From: the human T2T-CHM13v2.0 reference genome, Homo sapiens
Reading direction: 5' to 3' (one strand)
NCBI RefSeq assembly: GCF_009914755.1
Contig: NC_060946.1
DNA: 64,000 nt
Shown: positions 40,216-53,455 of the stretch, in pieces
Layout of the letters: each line of letters starts with the position of its first letter
Numbering within the stretch: the first letter of the stretch is position 1
Program-made: the position numbers and the translations under genes
Notes under the pieces: generated by a model
What the model was told of the DNA's origin: nothing
The model's database searches: none
The model's input: only the letters and a program-made list of their open reading frames with translations

Positions 40216-41122
40216 GTACAATGGCTTGGTGACCGGCACGAGGGCTAAGGGCATCATTGCCATCTGCTGGGTGCTGTCGTTTGCCATCGGCCTGACTCCC
40301 ATGCTAGGTTGGAACAACTGCGGTCAGCCAAAGGAGGGCAAGAACCACTCCCAGGGCTGCGGGGAGGGCCAAGTGGCCTGTCTCTTTGAGGATGTGGTCC
40401 CCATGAACTACATGGTGTACTTCAACTTCTTTGCCTGTGTGCTGGTGCCCCTGCTGCTCATGCTGGGTGTCTATTTGCGGATCTTCCTGGCGGCGCGACG
40501 ACAGCTGAAGCAGATGGAGAGCCAGCCTCTGCCGGGGGAGCGGGCACGGTCCACACTGCAGAAGGAGGTCCATGCTGCCAAGTCACTGGCCATCATTGTG
40601 GGGCTCTTTGCCCTCTGCTGGCTGCCCCTACACATCATCAACTGCTTCACTTTCTTCTGCCCCGACTGCAGCCACGCCCCTCTCTGGCTCATGTACCTGG
40701 CCATCGTCCTCTCCCACACCAATTCGGTTGTGAATCCCTTCATCTACGCCTACCGTATCCGCGAGTTCCGCCAGACCTTCCGCAAGATCATTCGCAGCCA
40801 CGTCCTGAGGCAGCAAGAACCTTTCAAGGCAGCTGGCACCAGTGCCCGGGTCTTGGCAGCTCATGGCAGTGACGGAGAGCAGGTCAGCCTCCGTCTCAAC
40901 GGCCACCCGCCAGGAGTGTGGGCCAACGGCAGTGCTCCCCACCCTGAGCGGAGGCCCAATGGCTACGCCCTGGGGCTGGTGAGTGGAGGGAGTGCCCAAG
41001 AGTCCCAGGGGAACACGGGCCTCCCAGACGTGGAGCTCCTTAGCCATGAGCTCAAGGGAGTGTGCCCAGAGCCCCCTGGCCTAGATGACCCCCTGGCCCA
41101 GGATGGAGCAGGAGTGTCCTGA
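40216..41122 (+). CDS. ADORA2A: Adenosine A2A receptor, coding exon 2 (TM4-TM7 and long C-tail, ends ...AQDGAGVS*)
   Basis: Acceptor ctcttctccccag|; 332+907 = 1239 nt = 412 aa plus stop; CWLP and NPFIY motifs, ECL2 cysteines and NHS glycosylation site. Confidence 0.99.
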
Positions 41123-41991
41123 TGATTCATGGAGTTTGCCCCTTCCTAAGGGAAGGAGATCTTTATCTTTCTGGTTGGCTTGACCAGTCACGTTGGGAGA
41201 AGAGAGAGAGTGCCAGGAGACCCTGAGGGCAGCCGGTTCCTACTTTGGACTGAGAGAAGGGAGCCCCAGGCTGGAGCAGCATGAGGCCCAGCAAGAAGGG
41301 CTTGGGTTCTGAGGAAGCAGATGTTTCATGCTGTGAGGCCTTGCACCAGGTGGGGGCCACAGCACCAGCAGCATCTTTGCTGGGCAGGGCCCAGCCCTCC
41401 ACTGCAGAAGCATCTGGAAGCACCACCTTGTCTCCACAGAGCAGCTTGGGCACAGCAGACTGGCCTGGCCCTGAGACTGGGGAGTGGCTCCAACAGCCTC
41501 CTGCCACCCACACACCACTCTCCCTAGACTCTCCTAGGGTTCAGGAGCTGCTGGGCCCAGAGGTGACATTTGACTTTTTTTCCAGGAAAAATGTAAGTGT
41601 GAGGAAACCCTTTTTATTTTATTACCTTTCACTCTCTGGCTGCTGGGTCTGCCGTCGGTCCTGCTGCTAACCTGGCACCAGAGCCTCTGCCCGGGGAGCC
41701 TCAGGCAGTCCTCTCCTGCTGTCACAGCTGCCATCCACTTCTCAGTCCCAGGGCCATCTCTTGGAGTGACAAAGCTGGGATCAAGGACAGGGAGTTGTAA
41801 CAGAGCAGTGCCAGAGCATGGGCCCAGGTCCCAGGGGAGAGGTTGGGGCTGGCAGGCCACTGGCATGTGCTGAGTAGCGCAGAGCTACCCAGTGAGAGGC
41901 CTTGTCTAACTGCCTTTCCTTCTAAAGGGAATGTTTTTTTCTGAGATAAAATAAAAACGAGCCACATCGTGTTTTAAGCTTGTCCAAATGA
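41123..41991 (+). other. ADORA2A: ADORA2A 3'UTR (end approximate)
   Basis: Follows the tandem stop TGATGA; AATAAA at 41950. Confidence 0.85.
41950..41955 (+). terminator. ADORA2A: ADORA2A poly(A) signal AATAAA
   Basis: gataaaATAAAaacg cluster preceded by a U-rich tract. Confidence 0.85.
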
Positions 41992-42621
41992 GAATGGCGT
42001 CTGAGTTCGTTTCCTACTCCATAGCTAGGCCTGTGCACACATACAGGCATGTGTTGTGTATGAGAGAGTGTGTGCGTATGTGCAGACACCCTGCCTGCCC
42101 CGGGGGCCCTCCCCAGGGTCCTGTCCTCGAGGGGACAGGCTGCCTGGCTGCACCACAATCCAACCTGCATTTCTATGAGGGCCCACAGGGGCTATGGGAG
42201 AAGGGGCTTTCCCCAGCAACTCCCCCCCTCCTTATCTTCCTACATCTTTAAGGGAAGATCTCTTTGTATGTTACCTTCTCAGAACTGTGACCCGCCACCT
42301 GCCCTGCTGCACCCTTTAGCAGAGGTCACAGAGGTATCCGCAAACAGATCTGGGCAGGGGCTACACGGCCTTCCCCTAGAATCCCCCTCCTTCTGTTCTT
42401 AACAAAAGAAACCCAGAAGGAAGGGGTGTTTTTGCTCTGACCCCGGCCTTAGGGGCCTCCTGCCTGAGGAGGTGGTGCCATCTTTCTGTGATGGCGAAGT
42501 TTGAGGCCTGGAAGGCAGTTAGCAACCTGCCCCTGCCTGAGGTTGGTGGAGAGCTGTGATTGTCCCGGTTTGGTCTCACTCACTCTGGGACTCCCGGAAG
42601 GAGTGTAAGAATGTCAAGGGT

Positions 42622-42760
42622 AATCCTCACACAGCCCTGTGAGCCCTGTTTTACAGATGATTAACAAGCCCAGAGAGGTTACATGATTGCTCCAGGTCAC
42701 ACAGCTAGTAAGTGGCAGAAGTGAACTTAAAACTCAGGTCTGTCTGACTGTAAAATCCAT
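42622..42760 (-). mobile_element. MIR
   Basis: ttttacagatga...gcccagagaggtta...ccaggtcacacagctagtaagtggcaga core. Further MIR pieces at ~29305-29345, 35205-35250, 37863-38065, 50975-51135 and 53920-54050. Confidence 0.85.
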
Positions 42761-42957
42761 GTTCATTGTTTCCATTAACTTAATGATGAACTATTTGAAC
42801 CGAACCAAAAAGTACAAAATAACATCATTTCCTCAGCACTCTGCTTAAGAACTGAAACATTACAATGTTGCATCTGACCCCTGCCCATCATTACCCTGCA
42901 TCCTAGGCCTGGAAACAACCACTTTCCTGAATTTCATTTCTTTCCATTGCACTTCTT

Positions 42958-43280
42958 CTTCTTCTTTTTTTTTTTTTTTTTTCTTTGAGACGGTTTTCTT
43001 TTCTCGCTCTGTTGCCCAGGCTGGAGTGCAGAGCAGTGGCACCATCTTGGCTCACTACAACCTCCGCCTCCCAGGTTCAAGTGAATCTCCTGCCTCATCC
43101 TCCCGAGTAGCTGGGACTACAGGCACTTGCCACCATGCCTGGCTAATTTTTTCTGTGTTTTTAGTAGAGATGGGGTTCCACCATGTTAGCCAGGCTGGTC
43201 TCAAACTCCTGACTTCATGATCCGCCTGTCTCGGCCTCCCAAAGTGCTGGGATTACAGGCGTGAGCCACCGCGCCCAGCC
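42958..43280 (-). mobile_element. AluS, antisense, perfect 18-bp TSD
   Basis: TSD ctttccattgcacttctt at 42940-42957 and 43281-43298. Confidence 0.95.
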
Positions 43281-45805
43281 CTTTCCATTGCACTTCTTTA
43301 CACTTTTAGTATATGGATGCCTGCAAAACTATCCCAAAACCAACAAAGGATTGTTTTAGCTATCTCACTGTTATATCCTCAGAGGTCCTCTAGACTGGCT
43401 GCACAGGAGAAATACCTAGGAAGCTTCAATCAGCACCAAAGCCTCAGTCCCTTGCCCCAGAGACACTGGATTAATTGGCTAGGGTAGATCAAGTAATTCC
43501 CCAGGGGGTTCTTATGGACAGCCAGGACAACCTATAAGGAGCCACTGATACAAATGCACTGAGTCCACCCCCTGTCCACACCAGCTTCCTCCCTCCTAGG
43601 ATCTGCACTGGCTGTGGGCTGAGGGTGGAACAGTGGCTGGGGTATGCCTGAGAAGACCAAGAGCACAGAAGCTGCCAGTCCTCATGAGCAATTGGTGGGA
43701 AGAGGCCAGAAAGAGAACTACAAAGGTAGGGAAGAATGAAATCCCGTCTCTCCAGCCTTTTCTGAGACCTTGGGAACCAGACTTTGAGGACTGAGCTAGA
43801 TGGGTGTAGGCTTTGGGGCTGGGAGAACAGGGCCAGGGGCTCAGCAAAGGCTTCTAGGTACAAATGGGCCCTAGTCCTCCCAGGGCCAGCTCCTGCCTAG
43901 TGGTAGAGCACAGGCCTCCTCATATCCTCAGGAGCTTAGGGTCCCATGTCCACACCCACCCCATGTTGGTTCCCACCGTCAGCAGGCCTGAGTGTAAGCA
44001 CATGGGCAGAGACCTGAACATATGCAGGCATCATTCCTCTGACGATAAGAGAATACATTTGTGCACATATAAACATGCTAGGGGGCAGAGCCCACCTCAA
44101 CAGGAATAAGTGCCCACAGCAGCAGCATGAGGGAGATGTGAAGACTGGTGAAGGGCATGAGCAACATCCCAGCGCCATGGGGTGCAGGCTATGCCCTGGT
44201 CTACACTGCTCTGGGCCAGGCTGCCAGGAGCTGTGGCCTGGGCTGCTCCAAGCCCTGCAGCTCTGTGGAAGGGCCCCTCTCCACCCTCTCCCTGCCCTTC
44301 CCAAAGGGCTACGGGTGGATAACATGCTTCATTCAGGCCTGTCCCACGCATAAGGGTCCCATCACAGATCCATGTTCTTGATAGCCCCAGCCCCCCTCTA
44401 CAGCGGGTGTTGCCAGGCCACAGGGAGGTCTGAGAGCAGGGGTCTGGCTCAGGCTCAGCCTTGGCTCATCACTGGCCCTCACAAGAGACAAGCCCTCCGG
44501 AGGGCTCCCTTTCACCCTCCTCCTCTAACCACCCCTCCTGAAACCCTACCTTAATCTGGTTGGATTAAGGCCCTATCCTCTGGGAGGCATCACCCGGGGG
44601 CTCAGGGAGCTGAGTAGGGCCACAGTTCAGTGCGCTGACCAGGGGACAGCAAACCACAGCAGGGCAGGAAGAGGGGCCACCTGGGTGCTGTGAGGAAATG
44701 AGCTGCTGATGCTCCCTGCATCTTCTGGGACTTGGTATCCCAGAAATGGGAAACTGGTCTTTTCAACTGTGGTGGGGAAACAAGAACCCGGGGGAATCCA
44801 ACTGCTCAGCATGTGGGAAGGGCTCTGCGCAGCCCGCCCCTGCTCCTGGGGCCGCAGGGAAAAGTGGGTGAGGCCAGCACTCTGTGCCTGGGATGCCACT
44901 GCTGTCCTGCGATGTTGTGCTGCTCCCCCGCATGGCTGCTGCTACGGGCTCTTGCCACAGCTGGACACCCTCCCCTGAGCTCCAGTGCCGGACAACTGTT
45001 TTCTGAGCATGCTAAGCAATGACCCTCTGCTGACGGGAGAAGTTACTTTAGAGGGGACAGAACTTAGGAAGACCCAGGTGTGCTGTGAGGCAAGTGGCTC
45101 CCTCCCTGACCCTTACTGCTCAGTGTGCAAGGTTACCACCTTCTCCTCCTCCCCACACCCATCCCCCCTCTCTCCCAAGGTGCCCCTCATTGCTGCTGTC
45201 ACTCATCATTAGCAGTCACTGTCATTGTTAGGACAGCCCCTGTCAGGCTGCAGAGCCAAGGGAGGGGGCAGGAGAATGTCAGATGACTCACACAACCTCA
45301 AAAGAGGGGGATGGACACACAACACAGAACCTAGCTACAAGAAGCACCTCGTGAGACTCTGGTTCAACCCTTTCTTTTTCCAGAGAAGAAAGAGCAGCTT
45401 AGCAGAGTTTCCTGACAAGTCCCTCTGCTTCCCACTAGTCAGGCTTGGAGGGAGGCTGGCCTAGGAGAAAGGCCAGGCCAGGAAGTCAGCATGAGGCTGG
45501 GCAGGTGACAGGTGTAGCCAACCCAGGGTCCTCTGAGGGAGGTGGGGAAGGCTTTGCATGGACCCATCCACACTTCTTTGCCTTGTCCAAGGAAGTGTTT
45601 CCGTTTGGGGGAGGAGAGGAGTGACTCTTTGTCAAATCAGCCATCTGGACTGTCACCTAACGACCAGCTAAGCCCTCGGATCAAGCTGGTTAGGACCTGA
45701 GCCCTGTCTCCTGGCTCTCTGTCCCTCTCCCAACCACTTAATGAGCCCTTGCTGATGCACACTGAGCCGGGGGCAGGACGCAGGGAGCCAACAACTGACT
45801 GAGGG

Positions 45806-45850
45806 GAATAAGCCCGACGGGGAGAATAAGCCCGACGGAGGGAATAAGCC
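45806..45850 (+). repeat. 18-bp tandem repeat (gaataagcccgacgg...) x2.5
   Basis: Read directly; produces the RAYSPR repeat in the ORF track. Confidence 0.9.
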
Positions 45851-46543
45851 TGTGAGGGACACACAGGCTCTCAGAGGAGGTGAAAACCACACGCCAGCGG
45901 GCAGTCAGGATGGGCTTCACAGAGGGGGCCACACCAAGCTGGCCTGTCAGAGGCCGGCGGTCAGCTCCAGGGCCCCATCTCTTCAATGTGTTAGTCAGGA
46001 AATAAGAACAAGGAGGGGCTGAGTAAATCTGCGCCTGATTTTCATCTGCCTACACTGAATTATGCCATCCATTTGGAGGCAATTTTCAAGTTAAAATGTT
46101 GTCAGAAGGCTGTCACAGTTTTGATCTTTCTTTTCTGTTCTTTCTCAACCCACCCACATTTTCTAGTTAGGTTGGAAAGGGGAGTGAGGGGGATAGAGCC
46201 TGGTTTATATTCAGAGATTTCTGGAATTGTTAAAGATAGATGAGACTTTTAGAAATTATCAAGTTTTCTCTTAGGAAAATTGAGTCCCAGTCCAATATCA
46301 CAATTAATTGTTCTTTCAGTTCCAGAACTTTTAGGGGAACTGGAGGGACCTGGCCAGGCATCCTGCAGGCTATCTCTTGGGGTTTCAGCTTGATTCTCTC
46401 TGCTGCCTGGTTCAGAGATGCCCAATAATCCCACCACTTGCTCCTTCCAGCCACCACCCTGTTCCACTGACTGCTGAACGGGGAGTCAAAGCACCAGTTT
46501 CAATCCCTGGTCTTGCCATTGACTTCTTTGACAGGACAAGTCA

Positions 46544-46945
<402 letters not shown>

Positions 46946-47446
46946 TCATTATTATTGCAGTAATAAATCCATTCTCAGCTCAGAAAAATAAGAGGGTAAC
47001 CAATCAATAGCTCCAGTGTTCTTGGAATCAGAGAGTGGAAAGGAGGCTGGGAGGGAAGGAAGATGGGGTGGCAGGGAGGAGAGCTACTGACCACCTTCTA
47101 TATTCTGATCACTGACATTGCCCAGCCATTGCCAGAGGGAGAAATGTGGTGGGTATGAGTTCAAGCCAGGCACCTGGAAGTCCCTGATCTCTGGGTGCCG
47201 GGAGGTGGGTGTGGAACTGGCAGACGACCTAGGCAAGGGTCACTGATTATGGATCATTTACTTTGTTCAACCCTATACTGTCCCATCTGTTTATGAAAGT
47301 CTAGACATTAGGGAAATTTAGACTTATCTAAGAGGTTAATGGAGAAGGGATACAGTAAATGTCTGGGCCAACAGAGTCAGGATTCAAAATGACCTCAAAG
47401 GCCTGGACAGATAAAACTGAGCAAGGACCAGTGTAAAGTCCTGCTC

Positions 47447-48084
<638 letters not shown>

Positions 48085-49369
48085 GCCTGCTCAATTTCAG
48101 AAAAAGCCAATGTGCAGGGAGGAGTGGGAGGATAGAGAGACCCAGCCTACTATCAGTTCAGGTCAAAACAACATGGACACTACAGTTACTCAGTTGAGCA
48201 CTGGCTAACACCGTGGGACAGGCTGGGAAAGAAGCAACTGCAGCCTCAAGCTGCACTGACATCCTAGTTACTAGGAAGTGAGTCCCAGGCTACAGGGACT
48301 CACCAGGTACCCACTCAAGGCAGGAGACATGCTCATTTCTCAACACCACCTGCTCATGAACAAACTGAAATGAGTTTGTCATTTTGTGCCTGCAAACAAG
48401 ACGGTAACCTCCCAATGACACTCAACGAATTAACAAGTGGCCAAAGGAAGGGGATCAAGACAGGGAGCATCTAGAAACTGAAAATGTCTGGAGGACATGA
48501 GGTTGGAGAAGACTTAGGGAGAGCTATGGTGAACAGATCAGATGAGAGAAACAGCTTGCATTGTGCTATTCCAAAAGGCACAACTGGGCTCACAGAAGCT
48601 TCAGCAGAATAACTAGTTCACGTTAAAGGCCACCAAGATGCAACAATTTGAGACTCATGGCTGGGTCTTCAGTGATCCAAGGACAGTCATGTCAGGATAT
48701 TCAGGTGCTTGCTGGCCTGGAAGAGGCCTGGACCCCCTTATGGGCCTTGAGGAGACTTCTCTGTACTTCGAGGGCACAAGGCTAGTGAAGATGGCTCATC
48801 TTTTGTGGCCAGAATTGCCTTCAGTTCAGTTTTCAGTTCATGGAAGCCCAGAGCAGGTATGTGGGATAAGACAGAGGATTAGGAGGAGGGAATGACAACA
48901 TATACATTAAAAAGTCACTACCTGCATCAAATGTATGAGTATAGCTGGGAGACAACTACCTGGTATGGATTGAAAGGCATCAAAGAGGCCCAGAGTCCTG
49001 TATTAACAGAATACACCCCAAGGCCAAAAATTCCTCCTTAGATGACAGCAGTATTACCCCAAGTGAAGGACATTTGCCATCTGGGGAGGGTACCATGATG
49101 ATTTATTGGGTCAACATGTGGACATCCAGCAGAGAAGCCTGGAGGGGCTGAGACATAGGGTAGAGAAGGCATCCTGCAGCCCAGGGTTAAGCAAACTCTG
49201 CCAACTTTACAAAATGCTCTCACCCAAGGAGTGCCAGAGGGTGAAGCTGGGGAGGGTCCTCATCCACTTCCTCCATCCTACCCCATACTTCCTGTGGCCA
49301 CTTCTTACTTCCCTAATCCTATTAGTAGGAGCTCTTCTCCTTATCTTCCCAAATCCAATCTATTGCATT

Positions 49370-49870
49370 CTGTTAATTCTTTCTGAACATCTTTGGAATC
49401 TGTTCCATCCACTCTACCCCTCAGTAACCCCTCAAAGTCATGGTCTTGGCGGAGGCACTATCATCTCTACCAACCTGAATACACTCCAAACAGACCTCTT
49501 TGTTGATCTCTTTTACCGCAATCTATTCAGCCCAAGCAGTCAGATTAATATCTCCAAAGCACAGCATCAGCCATGTCCCTCCCTTGCTCCAAAACATTTA
49601 GTGGACCCTAAATATGCAGCAGATCAAGTCCACCTTCTTTCTGTGGCCATTCAAGGACACAGCTTTGCCCTCCAGCCTGTCTCTGACCACCCACTTTCCT
49701 ACCCACTACCCTGCTCCTCACTGTGCCAAACTGAACTGTCTACCATCCTCTTACCCCATTCCCTGCCTTTGTCTCTCAGGCAGGCCACTTTGCCTGGGAT
49801 GCTGTCACTCCCCTACTTTAGACAATTCCCATGCTTCAGGGACCACCTGAAGAGCCGTCTCTTCCATGAA
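49370..49870 (+). mobile_element. L2 fragment(s)
   Basis: Degenerate L2 3' motifs (tccatccactct, catcatctct-like, tttgcctgggatgct, cttccatgaag). Confidence 0.55.
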
Positions 49871-51319
49871 GATGGAGGGAGACTTTGCTGAAATCCTCTT
49901 TTCCCCTTCCTGAGCGCCTTTAGATGCATGCCTGTCCCACGCACCAGAAGTTTGTTACCTGCTTCTGATGACATCTCTTCTGCTGCTAAGTTATGACTTA
50001 ACGCCTGAATAATGTGCTGGTTTTCACCAGTGTATGTTCTATTTTCCTACCAAGACTATAAATTCGAATCCCAGAGAGAGGAGTGGGGATGGTATCTCCT
50101 CCATCCTAGGGCGAAGCATAGCAACACTTGGTAAGGCACACTGACTGGGTCGAGAGACCTGGGTTTTAGTTCTCTGCTGCCATTAACTGGTCATGTGACT
50201 TTGGGTTTCCTTCCCTGCAAAATGATGAAGCAGTGGATACATATCGCTTCCAGCTCTGGTATTCTCTGAGTCTATTTGACTGTGGGCTGACCCACCCAGC
50301 TCTAGGCCTGGCTAGGGAAGGAGCAAGGGAGGCTATGGACAAGCCCAGGGAGAGAGAGAGGGAGAGGGAGATGGGGAGCTAATAGCTCTGGAGGAAGGAA
50401 GGACATGCTGGGCTAATGGGATAATTGGATAATCCTCAGAGCTAGGGGCTGCCAGGCTGGGGCCAGCTGTTAGAAGCAGACACAAATAGCACAAGCAAAA
50501 CAAGGGCGCTGATGCAGGAAGCAGCTTGCTGAGAGATATGGAGGAAGGTGGGTGGTGGCCAGAGGGTGGGGGAGGGGACAAAGAGAAACTGGAGCCCCTT
50601 TCTGTTGAAATTTTGAGGACAGGATCTTAAGGTCTTGTACTCTGACCCCATTTAGAAAGACTGCATTTAAGGATCCTGGCCTTCTATATACCAAAGAACA
50701 TTCTTAGAGACCAGTGGTTTATCTTGGCCTCCACAGTGTCCTGGCCACCAAGGACCTTTAAGGACCATAAAGCCCTCATCTTTGCCCATTGAGGGTTATC
50801 TGTAAATGGGGCATCCATTTGACATGCCTGTGAAAATATTGCTGGACTCTTACAAAATATTAATTTTAGATACATGACTCAGTGGGTCCCTTCATTTCAG
50901 GCAGATAAGTGGTTCTGTCAGTGGGGTTGGGCACAGAACAAAAGAAATTTTGGAGGGGTCTAGGACCCAACTCTGCTAGGTCACATAAGTCATGACCTCA
51001 GTGACTGGACCTCAGTTAGCCCATCTATAAAATGGGGACAATAAGCATTACCCTCCCTGCAAGGCTGTTGTGGAGATAAAATGAGATCATGAATGGGAAA
51101 GTAATTTGAAATGCAAGTGCTTTGCCAAGCACTTTAGTCCCAACTCTGTTTCTAATTTTGTATGATTTTAGAAAGGCTATTTCCTTTCTCTGAGTTCCAG
51201 TGTCTTCCACTATAAGATGATGAGATCAGACTAGATGCTCTTTAAATTCCCTTCTAATTCTAATGACTCTAATTCTTATAAAAAATAGTATATTTACATT
51301 TGTATACCCTATAAGGACA

Positions 51320-53455
51320 GTATGAGAAAAGAAAATTAGAGGCCAATTTTATTAATGAACATAGATATAAAATACTAAAGATTAGCAAGCCATATCTAGC
51401 AATGTACAAAAAAATATATAAATCATTATCCAGTAGGGTTTATCCCAGGAATGCAAGGATGGTTTCACATCAGATAATCATTCAATATCATTCATATTAA
51501 TAAGTTAAAGAACACTAAAGGAGAATCTCAACAGATGCAGAAAATGCATTTGATTTAAAAAAGTCAACACCCAATCATAGAAAAAACTGTTAGCAAACTA
51601 GAAATATAAAAACATTTTCTTAACTCAATAAAGTATATTTTTCAACATCTCACTGAACACACCATAGTCAATGGTGAAATAGAAGCCTTCTCTTTCGGTC
51701 AGGCACGGTGGCTCATGTCTGTAATCCCAGCACATTGGGAGGCTGAGGTGGGCAGATCACGAGGTCAGGAGTTCAAGACCAGCCTGGCCAACATGGTGAA
51801 ACCCCATCTCCACTAAAGAATACAAAAATTAGCTGGTTGTGGTGGCACATACCTGTAATCCCAGCTACACGGGAGCCTGAGGCAGGAGAATCGCTTGAAG
51901 CCAGAAGGCAGAGATTGCACTGAACTGAGATCACGCCACTACACTGCAGCCTGGACTACAGAGGGAGACTCTATCTCAAAAAAATAAATAAAAAAAATAA
52001 GAAGCCTTCTCTTTCTAGTCAAGACCAAACCCACTATTCTATCCAATATAGTACTAAAGTTCCTAGAGATCACAATAATACATGAAAAAGAAAAGAAACA
52101 AAATAACATTATCTGCAGCTGAATTAACTGTCTGTATAGAAAAATTCAAAACATTTCTTTGGAATATTATTGGAACTAATGAGAGTTTATCAAGGCTGTC
52201 GGATATAAAATCAACATAAAAAACCAACAGCATTCCTATAGGGCAGCAAAAACTATTATAAGTCATTTAAAATATATCATTTATAATAGTAGCAAAAACC
52301 AGAAGGTACCTAGAATAAATCCAACAAATGCACAAAAAGAAGACTCAGATGAGGAGATGTGCCATGTTCATGGATGGGAAGAATCAATACTATAAAACTG
52401 GCAATTATCCCCAGTCCATCTGGAAATCAAGTGTAATCCTTTAAAATTTCCAATAGATTTTCTTTCATAAATTATACATTTTGGATCCTAAAAATCATTT
52501 GAAAAGAAAAAAGGCCAAGAAGAGCCACAATAATCTTCTTCCTTTTAAAGAAGGTGAAGAATTGTCCTAACATACAATAGTGTGGTACAGGAACAGGCAA
52601 ACAGATGAAGTGAATGAGACACAAAGGTTAGAAGCAAACCTGTCTTTGTATGGGAATGTGGTATGTGGTAGAGGTCACATTACAAACCACAGAAAAAGCA
52701 TGGAAGGTTCATTAAGTGGTTCTGAAACATGGAAAGGTAAAATTGAAGACAAAGGTGAAAGAAACAAAGATCTTTAACACTTTAAAAAGCAAATATATGA
52801 AAATGTCTTTATGACCTCTGGCCAAAGATTTCTTAAAACACAAAAGCAAAGCCATAAAAGAATATGCTGCTAAATTAACTAATGAAACTTTAAAAAAAAT
52901 TTTTTTCATGAAGAAACAACGTAAAGTACAAAGACAAGCCACAGACTGGAAGAAGGTATCTGCAATGCATATAATCAATAAAGGATTAGTGTCTGTAATA
53001 TATAACTCCTATGAAAATAAACAAAGATATTATCAGACACCTTAGAAGAAAAAACCTAAATGATCAACAAACACATGAAAATAAATTCGATCTCACTAGT
53101 AATTAGGAAAATGAAAATTAAAATATATTTTACCACCATTCACAGTCAGCCAACTAGCAACAATTTAAAAGTCTTGGTGGGGAACAGAAATACATAATAC
53201 CTAGTAGAGTTGAAGATGTGAATAGCCTATAACCTAGCATTTTCCATTTCTAAGCCTCAATCTTCAATCAAGTCACACACATATTTTTAAAAACCATGCA
53301 CTTGGATGTTCATTGTGTCACTGTAATACTAAAAATGTCAAAGCAACATTTTTAGTATTTCTTAGTATCTTTTAGAGTTAGAATGGATATATGAACTGTG
53401 GTTTACTACTTCAATGAACTATCATACAGCAGGCAAAATAAATGAACTCATTATA
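51320..53455 (+). mobile_element. Old L1M ORF2/3' region, interrupted by an Alu
   Basis: A-rich; gggtttatcccaggaatgcaaggatggttt (L1 RT), ccatgttcatggatgggaagaatcaata, agacaagccacagactggaagaagg; many stops. Confidence 0.88.
51697..51999 (+). mobile_element. AluS inserted in the L1, 16-bp TSD
   Basis: TSD agaagccttctctttc at 51681-51696 and 52000-52015. Confidence 0.95.

Noticed and set aside
40304-41047. Antisense ORFs opposite the ADORA2A CDS (89, 90, 139 aa; also 32734-33153)
   Set aside because: Expected shadow of GC3-rich codon usage on the sense strand.
49106-49891. 261-aa Leu-rich ORF that looks membrane-like
   Set aside because: TTG start; overlaps a pyrimidine-rich L2 relic that generates Leu/Pro/Ser/Phe codons.
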